A stretch of DNA of 64,000 nucleotides. Source: a virus (taxonomy: Duplodnaviria > Heunggongvirae > Uroviricota > Caudoviricetes). The stretch lies in IMG/VR virus record IMGVR_UViG_2935054407_000002, positions 37,578-101,577 of that record, one strand, 5' to 3'. Position numbers and translations under genes: made by a program. The notes below the pieces were generated by a model. That model saw nothing but the letters and a program-made list of their open reading frames with translations, was not told where the DNA came from and did not search any database. How positions within the stretch are numbered: position 1 is the stretch's first letter; every line of letters starts with the position of its first letter. Positions 9,866 to 17,434 of this stretch are shown one piece after another.

Positions 9866-10671
9866 CAGAGCATCAGCTCCATGTGGACGTGCGGGACGCC
9901 TTTTCTGGTGGTCACGGAGACGACGCGGAACTTACTCCCTGGGGGGAGGACCATTTCGCGGTTGGATCCTGCAGCGGCTTTGGTTCCCTTGGGGAGGGTG
10001 ATTTCGGCGGTGGCTTGCCTGGTGGCTCGGCCTACGGATCCAACGTCGTTGGTGAGGCTGGTGGAGACGAAGCCCTTGTCGGAGAGTTCCTGACCTGGCT
10101 TGAGCTCGCCGAACTGGTCAGCGGAGAAGCCCCGGTAGACGGTCATGGGTTCCGTCAGCGGTGGGGCTTTCTTGATCGCCGAGTTGAGGTCTTTGCTGGC
10201 TTTGCGTGCCCGGTCGAGGTCGGCGTCGTTGAAGCTGACGTCGGCCTTGATGTCCTTGGAATTCAGTCCTCTGAGCTGGCCGTTCATCAGAGCGAACCCT
10301 GGTGACTGGTAGAACCGCATGGCCTTGTCCTGGGCAGGGCTGAGGCTGTTGCGCCAGGATCCGTAGTGGTCGTCGAGGAACTTCTTGTCCCGGGGGGCAG
10401 CCTTGGTGGTTCCTGCTGAGGGAGGGGTTTTCGCGGCGGGCTTCGCGGCGGGGGCCTTGGCGGCGCTCGGTTTGGGTGAGGCGACCGCTTGGGCGGTGCG
10501 CTTCACCGGCGGGGAGGCGGCGCCACGTCCGCTGTTCGCCTTCTTGGTGGAGGGCGTCTCAGCGGTCTTGGTTGTGGCTGGCTTGCGGCCGTGGTTCTTC
10601 TCAACGGTCGCCGCTGGTGTGAGAGGAACCCACCCATGCTTCCACTGCTGACCCGGGTAAGGGTGAGGCAT
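9865..10671 (-). CDS. ADP-ribosyltransferase (R-S-E clade toxin-like domain). N-terminal leader motif and Ala/Lys/Pro-rich linker.
   Basis: Aromatic-R (TVYRG), STS (GFVSTSL) and ARTT-loop-like GSNREMVLPPGSKFRVV motifs. N-terminus PGQQWKHGWVPLTPAA is shared with the upstream gene. Confidence 0.7.
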   Translation of the reverse strand: MPHPYPGQQWKHGWVPLTPAATVEKNHGRKPATTKTAETPSTKKANSGRGAASPPVKRTAQAVASPKPSAAKAPAAKPAAKTPPSAGTTKAAPRDKKFLDDHYGSWRNSLSPAQDKAMRFYQSPGFALMNGQLRGLNSKDIKADVSFNDADLDRARKASKDLNSAIKKAPPLTEPMTVYRGFSADQFGELKPGQELSDKGFVSTSLTNDVGSVGRATRQATAEITLPKGTKAAAGSNREMVLPPGSKFRVVSVTTRKGVPHVHMELML

Positions 10672-10813
10672 AGCGTCCCTCGCTTTCATGCACGAGTGGG
10701 CGCCATGCGAGGCGTCCGGCTGATTCGGGTTAAGGGAGGAGGTTCACTTTCGGCCAGCGGCTGCGCAGATCGCGTCGTCAGCCTTGCGGGAGTCGACTCC
10801 GCCCTTCGCGCCC

Positions 10814-12055
10814 TTAGCGGTTGAGCCGGATCTGGTGGTTCGGCTTAGGGCCGACCATGATGGCGGCAGCACGGTCTTCCGGCTTCAGGTCGCGCTCAAT
10901 CGCGGCGGGCTCGGTGTCCACCTGGCCAGCCAGCATGAGATCCAGAATGACTCGGTCCTGTTGGTCGCGAGGTAGATCGCCGAGCTGCCGGCGGACGGCA
11001 GCCATCGTGGTCCACTTGCCCGGCCTGGGGCTGGCGGCAGCCACCGCGTCCAAGACGATCTTTTTTGCCTGGGTGTCGGGGACGTTGCCCCCGGCGCTGT
11101 TGGCGCGCTGTCTCTGCTCCTCGCGCTTCGGAGCCGCCGCGGGTTTCGGCTGAACCTGCGGCTTACGGGCGGCCTCTTGGCCTGACAGGCGGATCTGGTG
11201 GGTCGGCGTGTTGCCGACCATGAGTTCGGCCTTGCGGTCCTCGGGCTTCAGATCCCCGTAGATCGCGACGGGCTCGATATCCAGTCGACCAGCGAGCATA
11301 AGGTCCAACATGGCCCGGTCCTGCTGATCACGAGGTAGATCAGCGAGCTGACGGCGGACGGCGGTTATGGTGGTCCACTTACCCGACCTAGAGTTAGCGG
11401 CCACCGCGTCCAGGACGAGCTTTTCCGCTTGAGCGTCGGAGACTTTTCCTCCGCTCGGGGCGGGCTTGGGAGGTGCGGTCTTCGCAGGAGCGGAAGCCCT
11501 GGGTGCCGCCTTGGCCGGAGGCTTGGCGTCGGCTGCGCTTTTCTGGTTGACGTCGCCCGCGTTAACGGTGACGACCTTCCCGCCGAGGTCGACCTTGACT
11601 TCGCCGTCGCCGCCCTTGCCGACGACCCGGCCGGTTTTGCCGTCGTGGTCGCCTGCCGTCACCTCGACGACGTCTCCGGTGCGGAGCATCTTGTAGTTGC
11701 CCGACAAGCCATGGACTCCGGCGGGGAAGCTGGAATCGTCGTCGGTCGCCTTACGTCCGCCTGCCTTGCTGGGCCGGCCTGCCATGGTGCGGAGCGCGTC
11801 GTCGACCTTTGATGACTTCGATGGCGCCTTCCCGGCGTTGAGGCCGGTCCACTTCGGAGGCGGCGTCCCGTCCGGGCCAGCACCCTCCTGGGCGTTCTTG
11901 CGGAGTGTCTTCGCTGCCTCAGCGGCTTCTGCTACGACGCGAGAGAGCATCGAGTTCTTGCCGGGCTTCTTGCCGTGGTTCTTCTTCACCGCAGCAGCGG
12001 GGGTGATGGGGATCCAGCCGTGACGCCATTGCTGACCAGGCTTGGTGTCTGCCAC
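10814..12055 (-). CDS. Multidomain protein with a shared N-terminal leader, a KOW/SH3-like segment, AKP-rich linkers and a tandem-duplicated ~90-aa winged-helix-like domain
   Basis: GTG start after AGGAGG. N-terminus MADTKPGQQWRHGWIPITPAAAVKKNHGKKP. Two repeats: ...KWTTITAVRRQLADLPRDQQDRAMLDLMLAGRLD... and ...KWTTMAAVRRQLGDLPRDQQDRVILDLMLAGQVD... Confidence 0.6.
   Translation of the reverse strand: MADTKPGQQWRHGWIPITPAAAVKKNHGKKPGKNSMLSRVVAEAAEAAKTLRKNAQEGAGPDGTPPPKWTGLNAGKAPSKSSKVDDALRTMAGRPSKAGGRKATDDDSSFPAGVHGLSGNYKMLRTGDVVEVTAGDHDGKTGRVVGKGGDGEVKVDLGGKVVTVNAGDVNQKSAADAKPPAKAAPRASAPAKTAPPKPAPSGGKVSDAQAEKLVLDAVAANSRSGKWTTITAVRRQLADLPRDQQDRAMLDLMLAGRLDIEPVAIYGDLKPEDRKAELMVGNTPTHQIRLSGQEAARKPQVQPKPAAAPKREEQRQRANSAGGNVPDTQAKKIVLDAVAAASPRPGKWTTMAAVRRQLGDLPRDQQDRVILDLMLAGQVDTEPAAIERDLKPEDRAAAIMVGPKPNHQIRLNR
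10817..11086 (-). repeat. Intragenic tandem repeat, copy 2 (about 270 bp, about 75% nucleotide identity to copy 1)
   Basis: Direct nucleotide/protein repeat inside CDS 10814-12055. Confidence 0.7.
11176..11446 (-). repeat. Intragenic tandem repeat, copy 1
   Basis: Direct nucleotide/protein repeat inside CDS 10814-12055. Confidence 0.7.
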
Positions 12056-12100
12056 GGCGACCTCCTAATGAGTGTGAGTGGTGGGCGCCGCTACAGGTAG

Positions 12101-12316
12101 CTATTCAGGGGCGGCTACAGCGATCGCGGAGACGCCAGACAGGAAGGTGAAGTCCACGCCAGGGAAGGACTTGCGGAGACTCGTCACCACGGCGTGAGTG
12201 TCCTCGGGGGTCGGGTCGTCGGAGAGGGTTACGAGGACCTTGTCGCCAGGGCGGAGAACGATCATGGCGGGGGTGGTCACGGTGCCGCCTTGTCCCCATA
12301 GGGCGACCAGGCGCAT
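12101..12316 (-). CDS. Hypothetical protein
   Basis: 71 aa ORF with coding-like codon usage. Confidence 0.4.
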   Translation of the reverse strand: MRLVALWGQGGTVTTPAMIVLRPGDKVLVTLSDDPTPEDTHAVVTSLRKSFPGVDFTFLSGVSAIAVAAPE

Positions 12317-12468
12317 TCCTCACAAACTGCGTAGCCGCCAATGGTGTGGATACCTTCAGCGGTAATGGCGGTGATGGTCGCGGTCTGGAGCGTGCTCTTC
12401 AGGCAGTGGGGACACCACTCATGGCGAAGATCACTAATGATGGGGATTGCCTGTTCGGACTCCGTCAT
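12277..12468 (-). CDS. Small zinc-ribbon protein
   Basis: CPHC...CEEC pair of CxxC motifs. Confidence 0.45.
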   Translation of the reverse strand: MTESEQAIPIISDLRHEWCPHCLKSTLQTATITAITAEGIHTIGGYAVCEECAWSPYGDKAAP

Positions 12469-12623
12469 CCTGTGGCGCCCTTGATGCTGGCCTGGAGCAT
12501 CTGGCCAAGCAGGAACAGCGCCTGCGGCTCGGTGAATCCCGCGTTCAGGTAAGCGAGGAACAGCTCGTGGAGCTGGGCGGCGCCTTCAGCGAGGAGAGTG
12601 ATCGGATCCTCGGGATCAGGCAT
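12465..12623 (-). CDS. Small hypothetical protein (52 aa)
   Basis: ATGA overlaps with both neighbours. MPDPEDPITLLAEGAAQLHELFLAYLNAGFTEPQALFLLGQMLQASIKGATG. Confidence 0.4.
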   Translation of the reverse strand: MPDPEDPITLLAEGAAQLHELFLAYLNAGFTEPQALFLLGQMLQASIKGATG

Positions 12624-13077
12624 CGGTGGGCGCTCCGTCCTCGCTGATCAGACCGCTCCGAACCCACCCTGTCTGCTCGTTGTACAGATCCGAAGGAGGC
12701 GGCCAGGTACGGTAGATACTCCAGTTGGTGCCACCGTCTTCGGTGAACTCAACCTCTATCCGCTGACTGTCTGCTCGCATCTCCACACTGCTGTCCGCGT
12801 ACTCATCTTCGACGCGGAGGAGACCGCCGACGACGCTGATAGTGCGCTTGGTGAGGCGAGCGGCCCGCTGAGCGTTGGCCAGGGTGACCGCTTCTCTAAT
12901 GCCGGAGCCGCCGGATGGCTCGAAGACCACCAGTTGGGGTTGCGCCACTATGACGTCTTCGGTCAGCGACGGTGCAGCCTGCTCAACGAGTTGCCGCACC
13001 TCTTGATGGGTGAACCCTGCGGCGCGGAGTTCTTCCCGGTAGGTGGCGAGACGCTGGGCGGTTGTCAGTTCGGTCAC
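12616..13077 (-). CDS. Hypothetical protein
   Basis: 153 aa ORF with good codon bias. Confidence 0.5.
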   Translation of the reverse strand: MTELTTAQRLATYREELRAAGFTHQEVRQLVEQAAPSLTEDVIVAQPQLVVFEPSGGSGIREAVTLANAQRAARLTKRTISVVGGLLRVEDEYADSSVEMRADSQRIEVEFTEDGGTNWSIYRTWPPPSDLYNEQTGWVRSGLISEDGAPTDA

Positions 13078-13082
13078 GTGCT

Positions 13083-13129
13083 CTCCTCATGGGTGGGCGA
13101 GAGCCCCGACCCATGAGGAGGTCGGGGCT
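13083..13129. promoter_or_regulatory. Nested perfect inverted repeats in a divergent intergenic region
   Basis: ctcctcatggg/cccatgaggag and gagagccccgac/gtcggggctctc. Candidate operator or bidirectional terminator. Confidence 0.4.
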
Positions 13130-13265
13130 CTCTACCTCCGGTAGCTAGCCGGAGGGTTCTTGATGGGCTGAAAAGCGAAATACCAGCCGTCACTAATCGT
13201 GTCTGGGGTGAATCGCGGTGTAGTTCCCATAACGACCGCCTCGCTGGCCCCACCTGTTTCCTACG

Positions 13266-13922
13266 GTGTGCGTCATGGCCAACAACACCGCCACAGGATG
13301 TGGAACGCTCCTCGTTGTCGCTCTCCTCGTAGGCGGCTGCATGAGCCTGTTCAACGGCGACGACGAACCCGTAGCGGCGCAACCCGCACAGCCCGTGGCA
13401 GTTCCCGACTGGGCGAACAAACCGCTCGTTGAGGCAGAGAACGAAGCGAAGGCTCTCGGGCTGGACCTGTCGTCTTCCGGACTGACCGGTAGCTTCTGCA
13501 GCGACGAAACCGACTGCTTCATCTACAAGACGGTTCCGAAAGCCGGGACCGCGGTTACGGCGGGCGCGAAGGTCGCGGTGAAGTGGTGGGACAAGGAAGA
13601 ACGCACGTTCCACCGGAAGTACCGGAAGATGCCAAACGTCGTTGGCTGGTCCGAGGAGAAGGCCAACAAGCTGCTGGAACCGATCTACTGGTCCGTCGAA
13701 GAACGCCGCAAGGAGACGACAAGAATCCCGGTGGGCGCTCACCGTGTCCTGGCGCAGTCCCCCAGAGCGGGCCGGCCGTTGAGGGTGGGACAGAAGGTGA
13801 AGCTGGTGATCGGCTTCAACTTCGGCTCAACCTCAGGTGATGGCGGTGGGGGTGGGAGCTTCAGCAGCGGTGATGGCAACGATGGCGAGGGCCGGTTCTG
13901 TGGTCGCCGCTGGTGGTGCTGA
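13266..13922 (+). CDS. Lipoprotein with two PASTA-like domains and a Gly-rich C-terminus (opposite-strand moron)
   Basis: Signal peptide with a lipobox-like LVGGC. PASTA-like segments (KPLVEAENEAKALGLDL...; MPNVVGWSEEKANKLLEP...). Only sizeable + strand gene in the late region. Confidence 0.6.
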   Translation: MCVMANNTATGCGTLLVVALLVGGCMSLFNGDDEPVAAQPAQPVAVPDWANKPLVEAENEAKALGLDLSSSGLTGSFCSDETDCFIYKTVPKAGTAVTAGAKVAVKWWDKEERTFHRKYRKMPNVVGWSEEKANKLLEPIYWSVEERRKETTRIPVGAHRVLAQSPRAGRPLRVGQKVKLVIGFNFGSTSGDGGGGGSFSSGDGNDGEGRFCGRRWWC

Positions 13923-13927
13923 CGGGA

Positions 13928-14629
13928 TTACGGGTGGGCGCTGGAGGCGAGCACGCTTGGGTTGTGCTCCGCGACGAGAGGGCGGACCGCTTCGGGGTCG
14001 CCTTCGGCTTCAACGTAGCGGCCCATGAGCGCCATGTTCGCCTGGTAGAGCAGGCTGGATGGGTCGATTTCGCTGGGGTGCCAGAGGTGGAAGATCGTGC
14101 CCTCATGCTTGGCAGTCGGGCCGAGAAGCGCATCACAGGCAACCCTCGCGGCCGTGTCCTCGGCGCCCCAACCTTGGAACCGCTCGTCCATTCCGCCAGC
14201 CTGCCACCATGCGGAAGGTTGGATTACCAGAATGCCGCCGGTGGACCAGTCGGTTTCGAGCTCGGTCGCGCACAGGTAGGCGGGAGTCCCTGCGAGGTAG
14301 GCGTCCGTTCCCTGTGGGGAGAGTCCGCGGAAGTGCGTGTAGGGCAGGTGAAGGAGTCCGTCGTGGGCGCTCTCGACCGCCGCGAGGAGCGGTTCCCGCT
14401 CGGGCAGCGTGTCTGCGTCGCACAGGACGACCACGTCAGCGCCAACGTCCTGGGCGAGGCGAACACCGTGGTTGCGTGACCCCGCGCGGGAAAACGGTGT
14501 GTGGCCTGAGTCTGCGTCGATGTGCCACGCATCCGGCAGCAGGGTTCGCAGGTGGGCGCGCACCGTTTCGTGGTGGCGCTCCCGATCCGGCTGGCCGCCA
14601 CGCCAGGGGATTACGACTGCGACGCGCAC
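13928..14629 (-). CDS. GT-A fold glycosyltransferase (GT2-like)
   Basis: VVIPWRG...CDAD (DxD) motif. Confidence 0.65.
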   Translation of the reverse strand: MRVAVVIPWRGGQPDRERHHETVRAHLRTLLPDAWHIDADSGHTPFSRAGSRNHGVRLAQDVGADVVVLCDADTLPEREPLLAAVESAHDGLLHLPYTHFRGLSPQGTDAYLAGTPAYLCATELETDWSTGGILVIQPSAWWQAGGMDERFQGWGAEDTAARVACDALLGPTAKHEGTIFHLWHPSEIDPSSLLYQANMALMGRYVEAEGDPEAVRPLVAEHNPSVLASSAHP

Positions 14630-14639
14630 ATGACCTCCC

Positions 14640-15224
14640 TCAGGTCTTGCGGAACACAGCCCATGGGCGCTCCGGCTCGATGCGCTTCAGGCCGCGCTTC
14701 TCCGCTTCGGCCTTCTGCGCGTCGGGGTGCCAGGTGGTGACGTCGATCCAGATCTGAGCCTCTTCGGGGTTGTCCGAGGTGGGCCAGTCCACGACGATGA
14801 GTCCGCCCTTGCGGACGGCCTTGACGAGCCCGTCGAGGATGGCCAAGGCCGAAGATCGCGGGTGGTGGATCAGCACCGCCAGGCACACCACGGCGTCTAC
14901 CTTGTGGCCGATCTGCTCGTACAGGTCACTGCCGTCGGAGAGGACCTGCGGCATGTCGGGGTCGTTCTCGGCGAGGTGGGCGAGCATCTTCGGCGAGGCA
15001 TCCGCGCCGGTCACGTCGAACCCGAGACGCTTCAGCGGGATCGCTACCCGGCCATCGCCACAGCCGAAGTCCACAACGCGTGAACCTGGCTTGAGGACCT
15101 CGGCGAGCTGCAGGGCGGCCTGTTCACCAGATGCCCAGTACGCCTCTTCGGAGACGCCGCGCGACGGGTGAATATGAGCGGGGCCTGCCTGGTCCCAGGC
15201 GTCGATGACCTCTTGGCCTGTCAT
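14640..15224 (-). CDS. Class I SAM-dependent methyltransferase
   Basis: Motif I VVDFGCGDGRVAIPL. ATGA overlap with the upstream dehydrogenase gene. Confidence 0.75.
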   Translation of the reverse strand: MTGQEVIDAWDQAGPAHIHPSRGVSEEAYWASGEQAALQLAEVLKPGSRVVDFGCGDGRVAIPLKRLGFDVTGADASPKMLAHLAENDPDMPQVLSDGSDLYEQIGHKVDAVVCLAVLIHHPRSSALAILDGLVKAVRKGGLIVVDWPTSDNPEEAQIWIDVTTWHPDAQKAEAEKRGLKRIEPERPWAVFRKT

Positions 15225-16471
15225 GACTTCCGTCCGATCCGAATCACCGTCACGCCCGTCTGGTCAGGCATGTAGCCATGCGGGTCCAGCACCACCGAAC
15301 CAGCAGGGAACGCGTAGTCCACGAACTGCGGGTGCTTGGTGCCGATCACGTACACGTGGGGCTTGTCGAGTGGGCGATGACGCTTCGGCTCCACGAACGG
15401 GTCGTAGAGCCCCACCTGGCGTTGCCGGTCACGCAGCTGGTGGGCGAGGAGACGCGCTGGCGAGCCCGCGGTGAGCGCGCTGCTGGGCTTGTATGCCTCA
15501 CCGAGAATGTAGATGTCGAGGCCGGTCTGATCTGCCCACCGCTCTGCGAGGTCAGCCAGCCACCCTGACTGTGCTTCTCGGGCGTAGGCCATCTGGCCGA
15601 GCAGGTCGTAGGACAGTTCCAGGCGTTGAGCGAGCCATGACATGGCGATCAGGTCGCGGGGGTGGCAGGCGCCGCCGTCTCCCATGCCGCCCCGCAGGTA
15701 CTTCGGGGAGATCACCCGCTCGGTCGCGAGGGACAGGGCGTCGATGACCTGGTCGCAGTCAGCGCCGGTCTTCTCGCAGATCTCCATGAGGGTGTTGCCG
15801 ATGACGACCTTCGCGGAGATGACTGTGTTGTACGCGACCTTGATCAGTTCAGCGGACTCGATGGACGTCTTGAACACCGGCCGGTCATGAAGTTGCCCGT
15901 ACACCTCGACCACAGGGGTCAGGTGTTCGGGCCGGTCGGCGCCCATGAGGACGAACTCCGGCTCCAAGAAGTCCGCGATCGTCGTCCCCATCGCGATGAA
16001 CAGCGGGCTGTACACGAGGGTGACGTGGGCGTTCAGCAAGCCCCGCAGGTGCTTGTTGCACGTACCCGGCAGCGCCGTGGACACCACAACGAGCGTGATC
16101 GCCTTGGCCTGCTGGGCAGCGGCCCGGCACACATCCCGAACCGCCTGGGTGAGGAACCCGTACTCGAAGTCTCGGCGATCGTAGGGGGCAGGCGCCTCGC
16201 CGCCGTAGGCAGGAGCGTGCGGCGTCTGCACCGCGACAAACACCACATCGGCGTGGGCAACGACCTCGGCCACCGTGTGAGCGAGCTTCAACGGGCCAGA
16301 GTCGATCAGGTCCGCGAATCCCTGCTCGCCCTGGTCCCCACCTTCGGAGAACATGCGCTCGACTCGGGCTCGGTCGATGTCGTAGCCGATGACGTCGTGG
16401 CCAGCGAGGTGGTGCAGCGCCATGGCGCAGGGGGCGCCCAACTTGCCGAGGCCAATCCAGCCGACGTTCAT
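15221..16471 (-). CDS. Nucleotide-sugar dehydrogenase (UDP-glucose/GDP-mannose 6-dehydrogenase family)
   Basis: N-terminal NAD-binding MNVGWIGLGKLG. Family-typical central and C-terminal domains. Confidence 0.8.
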   Translation of the reverse strand: MNVGWIGLGKLGAPCAMALHHLAGHDVIGYDIDRARVERMFSEGGDQGEQGFADLIDSGPLKLAHTVAEVVAHADVVFVAVQTPHAPAYGGEAPAPYDRRDFEYGFLTQAVRDVCRAAAQQAKAITLVVVSTALPGTCNKHLRGLLNAHVTLVYSPLFIAMGTTIADFLEPEFVLMGADRPEHLTPVVEVYGQLHDRPVFKTSIESAELIKVAYNTVISAKVVIGNTLMEICEKTGADCDQVIDALSLATERVISPKYLRGGMGDGGACHPRDLIAMSWLAQRLELSYDLLGQMAYAREAQSGWLADLAERWADQTGLDIYILGEAYKPSSALTAGSPARLLAHQLRDRQRQVGLYDPFVEPKRHRPLDKPHVYVIGTKHPQFVDYAFPAGSVVLDPHGYMPDQTGVTVIRIGRKS

Positions 16472-17124
16472 GGGGTCCTTCCGGGGGTCCAAGCTGCCCG
16501 GAGCGCCTCAACATCGCGAGCTCTGGCGGCCTTCATGGGGGGTGAGTGGTAGTCCGCGGTCCGGTACCCGGCCTGGGCATCACGCCAGGTCTCGTCGTCG
16601 TGTCCGCCGGTCAGGTCGTGACGGTCGTGGAGGACGTTCACCACGATGCGGTGGTGGGCGCCTACCGCGGCCGCGACATCCTGGGCCCAAGAGTCACAGT
16701 GCGGGGACAGGCTGAAGTGACCGAGGACGTCCACCATGCTGCGGTGGACGATCGGGAAGATGTTCAGGGCTGGCGAGTCGTTGTGTGCCGGCCACAGCAC
16801 GCCGCAAGGCGCCTCAGCGACCCGGGAGTCCCAGCCGGGAGTGAGCATCCTCGCGTCGTCGTTCCACAGCAGCAGCCACTCCCCCGACGCCATGGCGGCG
16901 AGGTGGTTCACGTACTCGTGGAGCTGATGGTAGCCGTACCTGGTGGGCGCCACCCAGCAGGTGGCCCGGGACCGCTCAGCCGCTTCAACGGTGTCAGGGT
17001 CGTCGGGGTCCGCAGCAACCAGGATCTCCAGACGGTCCGGGTTGTCGGCCATGACGCGTAGGGAGCCGATCGAGTCCGCCAGCGAGGATGGGCGTCCACG
17101 GGAGGGCAGCAACACAGAGATCAT
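16468..17124 (-). CDS. GT-A fold glycosyltransferase (GT2)
   Basis: ISVLLPSRGRP N-terminal GT2 signature. 4-nt overlaps with neighbours. Confidence 0.7.
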   Translation of the reverse strand: MISVLLPSRGRPSSLADSIGSLRVMADNPDRLEILVAADPDDPDTVEAAERSRATCWVAPTRYGYHQLHEYVNHLAAMASGEWLLLWNDDARMLTPGWDSRVAEAPCGVLWPAHNDSPALNIFPIVHRSMVDVLGHFSLSPHCDSWAQDVAAAVGAHHRIVVNVLHDRHDLTGGHDDETWRDAQAGYRTADYHSPPMKAARARDVEALRAAWTPGRTP

Positions 17125-17420
17125 GTGATGCGGATCAATCCGCTGCGGAGAAGCGGCTCCTCAGGAGGAGCGACCGGTTTCACCCAGACGACGTAGCGGC
17201 CCTCGTCGAGCTCGCTGACGCCTTCGTCGCCGCCGTAGAAGACCATCGCCCGGCCGGTTCCGGTCTCCCACTGGGCGGCGTACCAATCATCGTCTCCGGG
17301 CTCGACGTCGTACGGCATGATCGCCATGAAGACTGGCGTCAAAGCGGTGTAGTCGCCTCCAACTACCCCTGAGCGGATGAACTCTTTCGTTCCGGACGGG
17401 TAGCAAGGGATGTCGCTCAC
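17121..17420 (-). CDS. Hypothetical protein
   Basis: 99 aa ORF. ATGA overlap with the GT2 gene. Confidence 0.45.
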   Translation of the reverse strand: MSDIPCYPSGTKEFIRSGVVGGDYTALTPVFMAIMPYDVEPGDDDWYAAQWETGTGRAMVFYGGDEGVSELDEGRYVVWVKPVAPPEEPLLRSGLIRIT

Positions 17421-17434
17421 GAGCTACCCGCCCT

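Noticed and set aside
9865-10689. Longer ART gene start at MKARDAM
   Set aside because: Alignment of the leader with the neighbouring gene (MADTKPGQQW... versus MPHPYPGQQW...) and a GAGGGA ribosome-binding site favour the second ATG at 10671. The difference is minor.
13074-13742. 222-aa - strand ORF antisense to the PASTA lipoprotein gene
   Set aside because: It is Arg/Pro-rich low-complexity translation antisense to a well-formed signal-peptide lipoprotein gene. This is a typical high-GC shadow ORF.
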